This document shows, piece after piece, positions 51,314 to 63,976 of a stretch of 64,000 nucleotides of DNA (position 1 is its first letter; the number at the start of each line of letters is the position of its first letter). This DNA is from Takakia lepidozioides (lineage: Eukaryota > Plantae > Bryophyta), in NCBI GenBank assembly GCA_030704615.1, contig CM060731.1, forward strand, positions 43,710,001 through 43,774,000. The letters run 5' to 3'. The notes under the pieces are model-generated. The model did not search any database. It had not been told where the DNA came from and was given only the letters and a program-made list of their open reading frames with translations. A program made the position numbers and the translations under genes.

Positions 51314-51406
51314 GCGAGGTACCCATGCAACGTATTCTAGTGTCACATGGTCTGTCAATCCCGGAATCAATGAGTTGTCCTTCGACTGGTCCTCCGGCTT
51401 TGCCAT
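51314..51406 (-). pseudogene. F-box/kelch-repeat gene, 5' part
   Basis: MAKPEDQSKDNSLIPGLTDHVTLEYVAWVPR joins in frame to SYYLPLKDICKKW across the GCGAG TSD. Confidence 0.85.
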
Positions 51407-52726
51407 TGCTAGAATTTCATTTTATTTATGATTTCTTACTATGATTTCGTACTAAACTTCATAAAATATATACTAATGTACATAAAATGTGCTATTCTAA
51501 ATTATGATCCGAAAAATTGATCGACAGCTGTACCGGAGGCAGGGAGTCTATAGACGGTACGCGAGGACCGTGTAGACAAGGATGGAGGCAATGAAAGCAG
51601 ACAATCAAGATGTGTACATTCTTATGCATTATGGACTTGTAAATCCAGACGTCTATATTGATTGACTGTCTCTGAATTTTATACACAAAATTAGCTTGCT
51701 ATTGGATTTGGTTTCGTTGTGAACTCTACTCTTATTGATATGTCCGCCAAATGTGGCAGTCTAAAGGATGCGCGTCGAGTGTTTGACAATATGATTGCAT
51801 GATATGCTCAGAATCGACATGGTGTTGAGGCTTTGGAGATCTATGACCAAATGATATGGGAAGGGATAACACCCAACAATGTGACCTTTACTTCCGTTCT
51901 CAATGCTTGTGCCAGCATGGCAGCCCTGGAAAAGGCCATAGAGGTCCATCATGCCATCGTCAAAGCTGGAATTGCACCAGATATTACTCTGGAGAATACC
52001 CTTGTTGATATGTATGCCAAATGTGGGAGCGTCAAAGACGCCCATGAAATTTTGAACAACATGGTTCAACGAGATGTGGTCTCAATGAATGCCGTAATTG
52101 TGGATATGCATATCGTGGACATGGTAGGGAGGGCCTCCAACTTTTTGAACAAATGCAACAGGAAGATTTGAAGCCGGACTGTATCACCTTTACAAGTCTT
52201 CTCTCTGCATGTAGCCACGTGGACCTAGTGAATGAAGGCCGTCACTACTTCGATTCCATTAGTCAGGATCACGGCCTCACTCGTGCAGTGGAGCATTTTG
52301 GGTGCATGGTGGGCCTTGTTGGCCGTGCAGGGCGATTGGATGGAGCAGAGGACTTCATCAACAAGATGTCAATTTGAACCAGGTGCTTCAATGTGGGGGC
52401 CCTTGCATGGTGCCTGCAGAATGCATGGTGATGTGGAGCTAAGAGAACGTGTGGCAAGTGCCTGCTCAAGTTGGATCCACAGGAAGTTGCAACATATGTG
52501 CAGCTGTCTAACATTTATGTTGCGGCTGGCAAGTGGGACGACACAGGAAAGGTGAGAAAAATGATGCAGGACAGAGGTGTCCGAAAGGAGCCAGGGTGCA
52601 GTTGGGTTCAGGTGAATAATCAAGTGTATACATTCATTGCAGAAGACACAATCCATCCACAAATGCAGGAAATCCAGGTTGAGCTGCAGAGATTGTCTGG
52701 GCAGATGAAGGAGGTTGGGTATGTAC

Positions 52727-55700
52727 TAGTGTTGGGTGGTTATTTATATTTTTTGCTAACAGGCGGTTGCGGTTAGATTGGAATTCAATATTGAAATAAC
52801 CTCGTAGGCCGGTTACTTCAATTTATTGAATTTCTAATAACCTGCCGGTTGCGGTTAAGAGTGACATGTTTTTTCAGCCGGATATCCATAAATCCGGTTA
52901 TCATTTTCACTATAACTGAGGGTTTTATAACCGGTTATATATATATATATACACAATATGGAATTACAGCTGAAAATATGAATATTTTTTCAAGCCTGCA
53001 TTAGTACAAATAGATCTGACCGGCATATATATTTTAGATATATGACAAATGCATCTGGAATTACAAAATGAATTGGGCTCATCCAAGGGGGATCTAAAAA
53101 AATACCATGTCCTATCATAATATTTCAATGCCTTGGCAAGCTCATTCATGAATCTTCCGGGTCAAGAAATTCTTCCCGCTCAACAACATCCTCAAATTCC
53201 TCCTCGAGTTGTTCCGCAAATTCAACCTCTTTCAAATGATTCAAATCCTTGTTGGTAGAACACCCAAGTCTAAGATCATCAGGCCAATTTTTCACCACGA
53301 AGATCATCTTGTCCAAATTATCCGTTTGTAAACGACAACGGCGGAGTGTTGTAAGAATTCCAACAATGGAAAAGATTCGTTCTGTCTCAATTTGAGACCC
53401 AACGATAACAAGAATCTGTCATGCCAAGTAAGCCAATGTCGGGAACTTCAATTCATTGGTCTTCCACCAAAGCAATGGAGCTTTGCATTGTTCCTCATCA
53501 AGTGCGCAACGCCTGAATAAAAAAACCTCACGATCTATTATCTCTCGGGTAGTTTCAGCACTAGTTTCTGCTGTAGCAAATAGGTCATGGCTGCTTCCCA
53601 TCAACTGTGTTGAAACAACATCAATAGGTCCGGACGGGAACAAAACAACATAACACTTCAGCAACATGGGCCGTAAAAAATGCTCATCATACTGTCCCAC
53701 TACACGCATGGCTACATCCCGACCCACCAAACTTGAGACTAGGCCAAGGCCTTTGAAACGTGGATCTAGCATCAAAGCTAACATATTGTGAGCTTTGTAC
53801 TTATCAAACTTGTGCATGAAGGCCAAGAACGGTGCTAGGACTTCAACTATTTCTATGTGATTAATTTTCTGATTAATACATGGTCCTAAACATGTTATGA
53901 AAAAATGCAATCTGCAATTCTCATCTCCAGAAATTGCCTCGGTGAATAAGTATATAGAACCAATATTAATCAAGACACCTCCATAAGCCCATCCGAGCAA
54001 GGCTGGAGCAAGGGGAGGTAATTCAGATTAGAAAAAAACATCAAAACAGAATACATTGAAAACACATAAGGTCTAGAACATCTATAAGACCCAAAGCGAA
54101 CCCTTACCTTGTCTTTACGGGTGTATTTAGTTTGTGAGGCCGCATGTTAGAATCCATACACGCCTTATGCCACTCTTGGCGGCCCTTGCCAGATTTTTTT
54201 GGCCACGTAATGCACTTCTGTATCTCAGCTTGAGCATGTTTAATCGATACATAAAACAACCCTTGACAAACTTTGTCGTCGTTTGTAGCATATTGACATG
54301 CTTTGGACATAGCATGTCCAAAACATGATCCTTGAAATGGTTCGGTCAAGGCTAGACTGTCACAAGTGACCACAGATCTCAAAGCTCGTGACATCTAGTG
54401 CGCATTGCAAGGATGGCTGGACTTACAGTATCATGGTGACATATCGTGCATCGCATGACCTGGGCCGTTTCATGATCCACCATTGAACCGTCGTTGACTT
54501 TGAAAAATGACCAACCTGGTGATGTCTGACAATGTGGTCTCCAAAAAGTGGCTTGCTCACACAACATGTGCCATATAGGTTCTGGTAGGCGTTCTCCTGC
54601 CGTTTCAATGGACAATCTGGTGTCCCCAATCGGCCTCTCCCTCTCTGGTGGCATTGCCAAATTGTCGATTCCTACACTTTCACATGGCAGGCCATGGCTG
54701 GGAGTGAAACTTCCTTGAGACTAATGCATAGGAGAGTTTTGATGTCATGCGGTCGATTTAATGCATCAATGCCCTCTCCTTCCATTCCACTTGAGGGTGG
54801 TAGTGCGGGTCCCATTTCCATCAATCCGTCTATGCTTGCGCCCCAAGATCCAAACTCATTAATGCCATCTCTTTCCATGACCCAAAGCTCAAAGTTCATT
54901 ACTGTGGGCCCTCCATCACAAATCCAAAGCATTAATGTGGGTCCATTTCCATATTCAATCCATGTGGCCTTGCCAAAACTCCAAGCTCCTTAGGGCGGCC
55001 CATCCCATTTTCATCAATCCATCGCAGCTTCCTAATCCCAAGCTTTATATTAAGCTCACCACAGCGGGCCCCATGTTCCATCAATCATTCTTAATCCAAG
55101 CTTTACAAAGCTCACTAATGCGGACCCCTTTCTAGTTTCTACCAGTCGAGTAACGTGGCTCCAATCGTCTAGTATACTAGTGTATGAGTCCTCGATCGAT
55201 CAAACAATCGGCCATATGCCACGCCCAAGCTCGATGCTTCCTTCTGCAGGACCCTTTCCATCAACTCTACACCCCAAGCTTCAAGCCGCCATGTGCCCGC
55301 CCAATCTCGACGCTTCCTTCTGCAGGGCCCTTTCATCAATTCTACACCCCAAGCTTCAAGCCGCCATGTGCCACGCCCAAGCTTGACGCTTCCTTTTGCG
55401 GGGGGCCTTTCCATCAACTCAGCTTCAAGCCGCCTCCCGACATTACATCTGCTCTTCACCCTGGCAAAACTCCCCGGATAACCCTAGCCAAGTACTCACA
55501 CCTAAAAACCGCTCATAACCTTAGGTTATTAGACCCAATATATAGATTCATAACCGTCCACTTTAAAAAAACCCAGCAGGTTATCTATATCAATTTTCAA
55601 AATTTTGGCCTCCGCCGGTTATTATTGGGACTAGTTACTTGTATGCCTACACTCCGCCGGTTCCTAAGGGGACCGGTTATTTCAATTTTTCATCTCCTGC

Positions 55701-55773
55701 GGTTATATGTATATATAATCAGATAAATAACCAACTGTTATTAGAGTTAAAAACAAATAACCGCCCAACATTG
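52727..55773 (-). mobile_element. hAT DNA transposon (internally deleted)
   Basis: TIRs TAGTGTTGGGTGGTTATTT / AAATAACCGCCCAACATTG; exact 8-bp TSD GTATGTAC (52719-52726, 55774-55781); subterminal CGGTTA motifs. Confidence 0.95.
53135..54660 (-). pseudogene. hAT transposase remnant
   Basis: BED-like WSFF..CTIC, LNTPVKTR, MLDPRFK, PLLWWK..FPTLAYLA*..SQIETERIFS (hATC dimerisation domain). Confidence 0.9.
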
Positions 55774-56914
55774 GTATGTACCTGATACACGCTTTGTGCT
55801 TCATGATGTGGAGGAGGAGCAAAAAGAGTTTTCTCTTTGCCACCAAAGTGAGAGATTGGCCATTGCTTTTGGGCTCATCAGTACGTCTCCTGGGACACTT
55901 CTCCGTGTAATCAAGAACCTTCGGGTGTGTGGTGACTGCCACACCGCCACTAAATTCATCTCAAAGATTGTTGGGCGAGTAGTTGTTGTACGCGATGCCA
56001 ACCGCTTTCACCACTTCCAGGATGGGGTTTGTGCTTGTGCTGATTACTGGTGAATGAGCAACAAAAACGGGGAGTCTCTTCCAAGTGAGGGTGTAAAGGT
56101 CATAAGTTGCCCCTGTAGTTGTAATGAAAACAGTAATTAGCTGGAAGAGTCGAATTATGTTCCCCGGACTGCACTTTCTCAGAGAAATCACAACATGTAG
56201 GATAGCAGCAGTGTAGTCACCAAAACATCATTGCAGAGGAGCTGTCGACATACGGAATTGTGGTTGAGGTTTTATACCAAATCATTGATGCCAATTGCTA
56301 CATGGTACAAGAGCTGGAGATGTTTTCAACTTGAGCACTTGTCCTTCAAATCCTTCACAAAGCTCCACAGATATCGAAGTGTTGACTTAATCCTACAATT
56401 CAGCAGTCAAACTAAATCAACAACCACTCCAAGTACTTTCGATGAGCTTGGTGCAGATGAAGGAAGATAGCTTGTGATTTGTTTTATGGAACTGCTTTGG
56501 CACTCATCTAATTAGGAATCATACTGTGCAACAATGAGGACAGACAGAGAAGGAAAATAGCTTTGCATATGCCCACTCTGAACCAAAACATATCTGAGTG
56601 GTCACATTTCGAGCAGTAAAAGAAACAGATAACCTCTTCCGACATTTTTATTTTGGTGTGGAATCCTACAAATGGTGTGGCATTTTTGCAGTCGCCACTC
56701 TACCGTACAAGTCCCCCAATTTCAGAAGACGAGGCAGCCAAAATTGATGTATGAACCTGATTAGATAAATATCCTGGCATGTAAACTACTTGAGACATTA
56801 CAAGCCCACAGCAAGAATGAATAACGCCACAAGACAGCTCCAAAAACAAGTACCCGTGCTGCAACCAGAACTACCTGCATGAACCACCTCTTTATAATCC
56901 GGACGGTACAGGGT

Positions 56915-57600
56915 ATTATACGCAAATCAGCTTTGACAATGTCCCATGGACCTCTTCCCGCCTTCTCCAGGGCTGCCGGCTTGCATTTGGCATACACGTC
57001 TAGCAGGGCAGTGTACAAGATGACATCTGGTATATTTCGAGCTTTACAAGGTCACCACGGACCTCTTTTCCCTTCTCCAGGGCTGCCGACTCCCATTTGG
57101 CATACTTATCCAGCAGATTGGTGTTCAGAATGACATCTGCCACAATTCCAAGTTCTGCGATGTCACCATGGACCTCTTTCCCCTTCTCCAGGACTGCCGC
57201 CTCGCATTCAGCATACATGTCCATCAGGGCAGTGCTTATAATGACATCTTGCACAATTCCAGCTTTGATGATGTTCCCATGGACCTCTTTCCCCCTTCTC
57301 CAGGGGTGCCAACTCCCATTTCGCATACTTGTCCAGCAAGGTGGTGCTCAGAATGACATCTGGTACAATTTCAACTTCGGCGATGTCACCACGGACCTCT
57401 TTCCCCTTCTCCAGGGCTGCCGCCTCCCATTTGACATACTTGTCCATCAGGGCAGTGTTCAGAATGACATCTTCCACAATTCCAGCTTCAACGATGTCCC
57501 CATGAACCTCTTCCCCCCTTCTCCAGGGCTGTCGGCTTGCATTTGGCATACATGTCTGGTAGGGCATTGTTCAGAATGACATATGGTATAATTCCAGCTT
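56915..57600 (-). pseudogene. Tandem array of six roughly 111-bp chimeric PPR units
   Basis: CCTTCTCCAG anchor at about 56961, 57071, 57182, 57294, 57405 and 57517; unit reads AAALEKGKEVHGDIVEAGIVEDVILNTALMDKYVKWE. Confidence 0.88.
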
Positions 57601-58018
57601 TAGCCATCCATGGCCAACAAGAACAATTGGTTTTTGCCATCCAGAGCTGGAATATTGAAGTGAGCTGCACAGCATGATAAAGAGACAAAAGGATATGAGC
57701 TAGGATCCAAAATCCGGCAAGTGGCATTACAAAATCTGAGTGCTGAATCTGAGTACTTGAGTTCACTGAAAAGGGTGCAGCCCTCCAGATATTAAGGTAG
57801 TAATTTGATGTTTTAGTTGTTGAAACTCTTCTGAGAATTCCTGCCAATACCCGTCAGTCAGCGTTCTGGCAAACTATAAGCTAGGATAAAAATTCTGCCT
57901 AATGTCACATTCCGAATTTCGCACCCAAATCAAGTCAGAAAGGGGTGATTTTCAACAATCTGGAAAGCTGGAACCTTGTCAAAGTATAGATATGATTCAT
58001 GGAAATACAAAGATTTAC

Positions 58019-58306
58019 TTGACTAAGCCCTGCTGCAAATTCTTGCCGATGCCGTCCGGGTCTTGGTGTGAATCATTCGCAACATATGACACCAGCAGCA
58101 CACGCACACTTCCTCGTAGGTCCTTCCACAACCACTCCTTTGGCCAACATAGTTTGTGATTATCACGCTCCACCCATGTTTTCCTTCTGAACATTACAAA
58201 TTGGAGTCCATGGAAGAAGACCACATCCCCGGGTGGTTTCCGTTTGTCATTTAGGGGCGGCCACACCTGTTGAACGGGGTCCTGAGTAGAGAGGATGACA
58301 TGAATC
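58019..58306 (-). pseudogene. alpha/beta-hydrolase exon (SERAC1/DUF676-like, as in bryophyte hydrolase-NLRs)
   Basis: DVVFFHGLQ..TW..CWPKEWLWKDL..VRVLLVSY..IGKNLQQGL, bounded by AG and GT; the next exon lacks a recognisable GHSxGG. Confidence 0.7.
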
Positions 58307-59514
58307 TGTAGTCAGTCACTGTGTACTTCCAGAACATTGATTTTGGGCTTACATCTTTTCTCTTTCAGTGCCACTGTCAAATTTCTACTGCAGCAACATA
58401 GCTTGCACACTGTATTGTGAACATTTTCTTTGCCTAACGCAGAGCCATTATTGATACATGTGCTACCGCTTCCATCACATTGTAGAACCAATTGGTATTA
58501 TAAGCAAACTAGTTGCACACGTCATCAATTTCGGATTTCACCAAACTGCTGCTTTGATTCTCAGTCAGTACAAGGTGCTAATGTTGAAGAAACTCAATAT
58601 GAACATACGTTGAAGAGCCCTGCGGCAACTTAACAAAAGAGGGGCCTGGAAACTGGGATCTGTTCCACTCACATACACGCTCACTTGCATCTACGACCTT
58701 GAGCTGACCCAACATACACTAATCGCAGAGCATACCATTGCGTAAACAAAGAGTGAAGTGGAGACCCCATACCGCGTGCTCTTGATTCCTGTTGCTGCTT
58801 TCGCCCTATTCTGCACGGAAGCCTTGCGAGCTCTCCCCTCCATCCATGACCCACTCGTCACTCTCCATTCAACCGGAGCAGTTGTTCCTGGAGTTCCAAT
58901 CTTGCTCAAGTCTGCCCGACACCCATTTCCATCTCTGTGCAAAGATCGTCACAGACCGCATGACTCTACTTCAATCACCTACGGCCTGCAATGGCTATGT
59001 GTCACATCATGTGATGGAACCCTATTTTAACTAATTCTGGACTTTTGGCTTAAATCTGGACTCAACTTAATATGTATTTGAATTAAAATTAATTCAAATG
59101 TTAATAATATCTTGGATAGTAATGTGTGATTGAACTTTGTGAGATTACAGGTGATGTCATACTTGCTTCAAAATGTAACATATAAGATGTCCATTTGACA
59201 TTGAAGTGCTTGTGAAGTTGCAATGTAATTGAACAATTCATTGAACGTTGACTAGGAAGTCGAATGATGTAATATTACATTATGTTACAATCACGATAAA
59301 CAAATGTGTTGAATCGAACATGGGATAGACTCATAGTACTCTACCATACTTGATATAAGTTGATAGTAATTTTGATTCAATCTTCATGTTGACCTCTGTA
59401 GAATGTAAAAATGTAAGGGGAATTTGATATCCATGTAATCATTCTATCATACGTTATCCAACTTGAAAATTAAAGAAAACATTAAGAGAATGATACAAAT
59501 TTTACAAGAGGTAA

Positions 59515-60250
59515 CATGGTAGTACAATAAGGTTTGGAGTTTATTATAAGTAGGGTACTACACTAAGGTTTTTGGTATATGGTAAAAGTAATGGTTTAGG
59601 GTGCTAAGGGTCACGCTTAAGCTTGGGGTAAGGATTATTAAGGGAAGGATAAAGGGAAGGGTAAGGGTTTAGGGTTTGGATTTAGGGTAGAAAGGGACAA
59701 ACAAATATGGAAGACTCACACATGGTAGTACAATAACTTGGTTTGGAGTGTAAGTAGGGTAGTACACTAACCTGGTTTTTGGTATATGGTAAGAGTACTA
59801 ATGGTTTATGGTAGTAAGTGTCAGGCTTAAGCTTAGGGTAAGGATTAAGGTCAGGGTAAAGGAATGGGTAAGGATTTAGGGTTTGGATTTAGGGTAGTTC
59901 AAAGGGACAAACTAATATAGAAGACTCACACATGGTAGTACAATAACTTGGTTTGGAGTGTAAGTAGGGTAGTACACTAACCTGGTTTTTGGTATATGAT
60001 AAGAGTAATGGTTTAAGGTAGTAAGTGTCAGGCTTAATCTTAGGGTAAGGATTAAGACCAGGGTAACGGTTTAGGGTTTGGATTTATGGGAGTACACAAA
60101 GGTTTTTGGTATATGGTAAGAGTAATGGTTTAGGGTACTAAGTGTCCGGCTTAAGCCTATGGAAGGGTTAAGGGAAGGATAAAACGAAGGATAAGGATTT
60201 AGAGGTGATGGTAAAGGTATAAATGGACAAAGAAATATGGAAGACTCGCA
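59515..60250. repeat. Roughly 206-210-bp tandem repeat rich in TTAGGG-like motifs
   Basis: CATGGTAGTACAATAA at 59515, 59721 and 59931, plus a partial fourth unit. Confidence 0.88.
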
Positions 60251-60689
60251 CTCACTAGAACGAGACATTGCAAAAAAACATTTAGACCGGATTGGAAAAG
60301 AAAGAGTCCAGAAGTTGTGTCAGCATTTTTTTTTTTTTGGTGCATTGTCTGTTTTGTAAGCCAGAATGCCCCATGTCACGAATATATGTAGATGAACAGA
60401 ATGTACAGCAGTGCAGAGTCCAACATGGCAGAAAGAAAATAGATGAACGTCCACTGTCCACTCGAGGTTCAGTGTGACAGAAAAAGAAGACAAGAAGGAT
60501 CACCCAAGGCAAACACGAAGGGAAAGAAGCATAAAGAATTTTTTATATCTTAAAATGAAAGACCGGAAATAACCTCAACATTTAGTTCATGGATAGAAAG
60601 TGGTCCACAAGAAGGAAACCTTCAGGTATTTGGCTGAAGGTTAGCAACCTCCAAATTCGTGTGCGCCGTCACTGCTTCCACCGCTGTAA

Positions 60690-63600
60690 TTCTCTTGGTG
60701 CTATTTCTTGTCGTATTTTTTCGTGGCAGCATTGTCCACACGACATTGTTCACGTGGATCCATTGAGCATGATCTGACGGGTTGTATTCCCAAACTTTTG
60801 ACCAACAGTCCCTGTACCTCTAAAAGTCTGAGGGGTTACCTCCTTTCTTCGGTCTCCACCATTCTACCTTCACTTTCTTAAAATTAGGATCTTCCCTTTC
60901 TCGGATGACATCTGAAATTGCCATTCCCATCCAGACCGGGCACGTTGTTGGGTCATGAGGGCGAACGAGCACAAAAAACCCTTGTTCAATATCCTTGAAC
61001 GGATTCAAGGGTATCCTTGGACGCTCACACCTAGGGCCACAGTAAGGTTCTGGAACTTCATCCTCATCTTCCATATCTTCCAGTATCTGTGGCTAGATGC
61101 CATCCCTCCGATGGTTTGAGGACCAATTTGTTTTAGGCCAAAATCCCTCAAGAAGCTGAATACGATCCGGAATGTCCTGCATTGGCTTATCAAGTTCGGC
61201 GAGAATATTTTCCCAGTATTGGTCATATTGTTCCATCACACCCCAGTAATGATCGTCAAACAACATTCATTTGGTCCAAAAATCTTTGTATTTCTTAATA
61301 CCATTTTTTATGAATGACTATTTTTCTGAGGAATCGTCCCCGACTCCCCATATCGGTCTTCTTGGAATGGCATCTGGGTCTCCTTCAGGGAGATTTGGAG
61401 TCCCATCAGGATTGGACTTCCACATCTTAACACTGGAGTTTGTAGGAAGCCACTCCTAATAGAAGCTGACTTCTTGTACTTCATAACGGGTCAGCCATCC
61501 GCATCCTTAAAAAATCGAAAGACGTGCATCTCTGAGATCCCGACCAAAGCCTCCTTTCCATCATGAATACAACCCTTAACAAACTTCTTGAAGTCGGGAA
61601 CCTCCTGTATGATTTGAGGAATGAATTGCATATCTTGGGAGATCATGAATGACCTCATCAAATCCGGAAGAATGTAGGTGTTGCGTTCCTTTAGTCTTCG
61701 AGAGATAGCTAAAGAATCCGTCAATATCCTTATGGGTGTGTCCGACCATGAGAAAACCAAGCTGGATCTCTTCAAAGACATCTTTGGCAGTGAGAAGGGA
61801 TAAGAAAGCAAGCATCCATTTGTTCTTATTGTCCTTGGAGGAGTTGTCTATCTGCAAATAAAATCGTCTAGGAAGTGGTCGAGCACCACATTTATCGTGC
61901 GGCCTGCAGGGTTTCATAACCTCCAAACATCTCGATTTACCTCTCATGAGCGTTTCAAGAAAGTCATTTTGAACTTCAGTGTCGAAAATGTTCCTGGACT
62001 CCCGGCATGTCAGCTTTTCCAGTTGGCATAGGCACCGAGCCAGTGACCCAATTGTGAAGTTTGAATTGCCTTTCCAGAACTCAAGAGAAAATTGAGCGTA
62101 AGCTCCATCTCCGTGTCCGTGCGTAACCATTCATGTCAATGAGACAGGCAACTGACCCAATCCCAAGACCATCTTGTTTGTCGTCTGTAGCCTCGGAATA
62201 GCCGTTTTCCTATGATCCATCTTATCATGAATAATACATAGGAACTCCTCCGGAACCATAACGGACTCATTCTTCCAGCTATGGTACAGCCTTCTGCATG
62301 ACTCTTGATGCCTCAAGTGCAAATCAAGCGCCCGCTTATGTGCGACCTGTTCGGAACTCATCTTAATCGACTTCTTGATCAAGTCCTTGAACATCTCACA
62401 TTCTGTGCACTTAGCAAAGGTGCTTCCTGTTTTCCGAACCTCCACGTTAGGAAATATTCGATTCCGTATACGGCTTATAGCTGGCTGCGAGACTCCTTTC
62501 AAACCGAGCAGTCTGTTTGTCTGCACCCCAACTCCCCAACAATGTCAACGTCCACTAGGCAGTGGAGGTTCTACAAAGTGGAAGAACAAGAAAACATGAT
62601 GGCATCAAAAAGAATAAAATCATCCACAGTATTTTGAAAAATGAAAAGGGACAACGAATAAAAGTCACCTCGTTGGACTCCTCTCGAATTCTCTTCCAGT
62701 TCATTTCGGGTGGCAAAATTCTCAAAGTATCCCGATGTCCCTCTCCAATGCAACGTGTTTTGTGAGGCATAAGGTCAGTATTGGCATTGATAATGGACAT
62801 AATGTTCCCCTTTGCCTGGAGTATCCCTGGTCGCGGCCGCTTGAAGCCACGATTTTCGTGGAAAGATGACAAACAGCCCTCTTTACTGAGCTTTTTGCAC
62901 TCCATGTACGTTGACCTTCCAATTCCGTGTATTATCCACCATGCTTTTTCACAAACATCAACACCTTCTATCGTAACATACCACCTGCGCGATGACCCAT
63001 CCATAATGTGAAGTCGTTTTGAAACATTCAATCCAAGTTCTCTTCTCTCATCGAATGACGAACCTCACAATGCAGTACGAATTGGCAAGGTTTTTCTCCA
63101 ATCAAAATACTGACAACACTGAAGCTTGCAGCAAAGTTTGCTGCTCACCGACCTCACTTCATCCAAGGTAAGATTTTTCTTGCACTTTTTTGAGTCCTCC
63201 ATATTGGATGGATTCTTCTTCCTAGTAAAATGCATGTATGTTGCTTTCAATACGCCTGTACCATGGTCGTCATTCTCCATGTCACTGCATGATCGTAGGA
63301 AATTTTCGAGATCAACGGAGAGTATCCGGCCATTTTCAAGAAGTCTTGTTTTTGTTAACGGCCATTTCACAATCGACATCAGTGAACCGAACTCTCCAGA
63401 GATTGTTCTGGTGACCAGAACCCCAACATCATCCTCTCCGAGTTTGTCATTCAGAATGATCTCGTTAGGAATGCATGCCTGAATTCAGCCTTCAAACAGG
63501 GCGTTTCCGTCCTTCCCAAGAAGAAGACACTGCAAGTTTCTCCAACAATCTCTCCCCAGAACTGCAGGCAGATCCCCTTCAGTCTCACCGTTGGACGGAA

Positions 63601-63976
63601 TATCATTGCTTTCAGTGCTTTGACATTGATAATCACTATCTTCTATGATGGAATGACATCTTGGGTTTCTCAGGGATGTTGAATCCACAGTTTCATGCGT
63701 GCGAACAAAAGACACGTCCCACACAACTGGAGTCCCAATTGCCTCCTTCAATGTGTCAGCATCCATGTGTCGATAAGGCAGAGGACATGAGCCGAATGCG
63801 TCATCACAAAAGATCAGGGTAACTGAAATGGTGGACGAACACAAGTGGTGTCCGTGGCAAGTTCCATCCCCAGAAACATTCAGGCAATCTCTTGAGGCAA
63901 CAACTGAAGGAGATCCAGGAAGCGACAGAAACACCCTTTGGCCTACTTGGAACCCCATGAAGTTAGTAACCTCCAC
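60690..63976 (-). mobile_element. Sola-like DDD transposase pseudogene, continuing past the window end
   Basis: FAKCTEC, IIHDKMD, YLQIDNSSKDNKNKW, FLMVGHTHKDIDGFFS; CCKLQCCQ upstream; frameshifts, stops and one intron. The superfamily call rests on motif recall. Confidence 0.72.

Larger units (their letters stand above)
51722..56053 (+). pseudogene. PLS-class PPR-E-DYW gene, frameshifted and split by a hAT element
   Basis: P/L/S motifs, E1/E2, RKEPGCSWVQV, MKEVGYV|[41 protein letters not shown]. Confidence 0.93.

Noticed and set aside
34680-56053. One PPR-DYW gene shattered over 21 kb
   Set aside because: An opposite-strand F-box/kelch gene lies between the two PPR parts and no TSD links 36590 to 51722.
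59515-60250. Interstitial telomere
   Set aside because: Telomere-like words are scattered within a complex 208-bp unit and do not form a TTTAGGG run.
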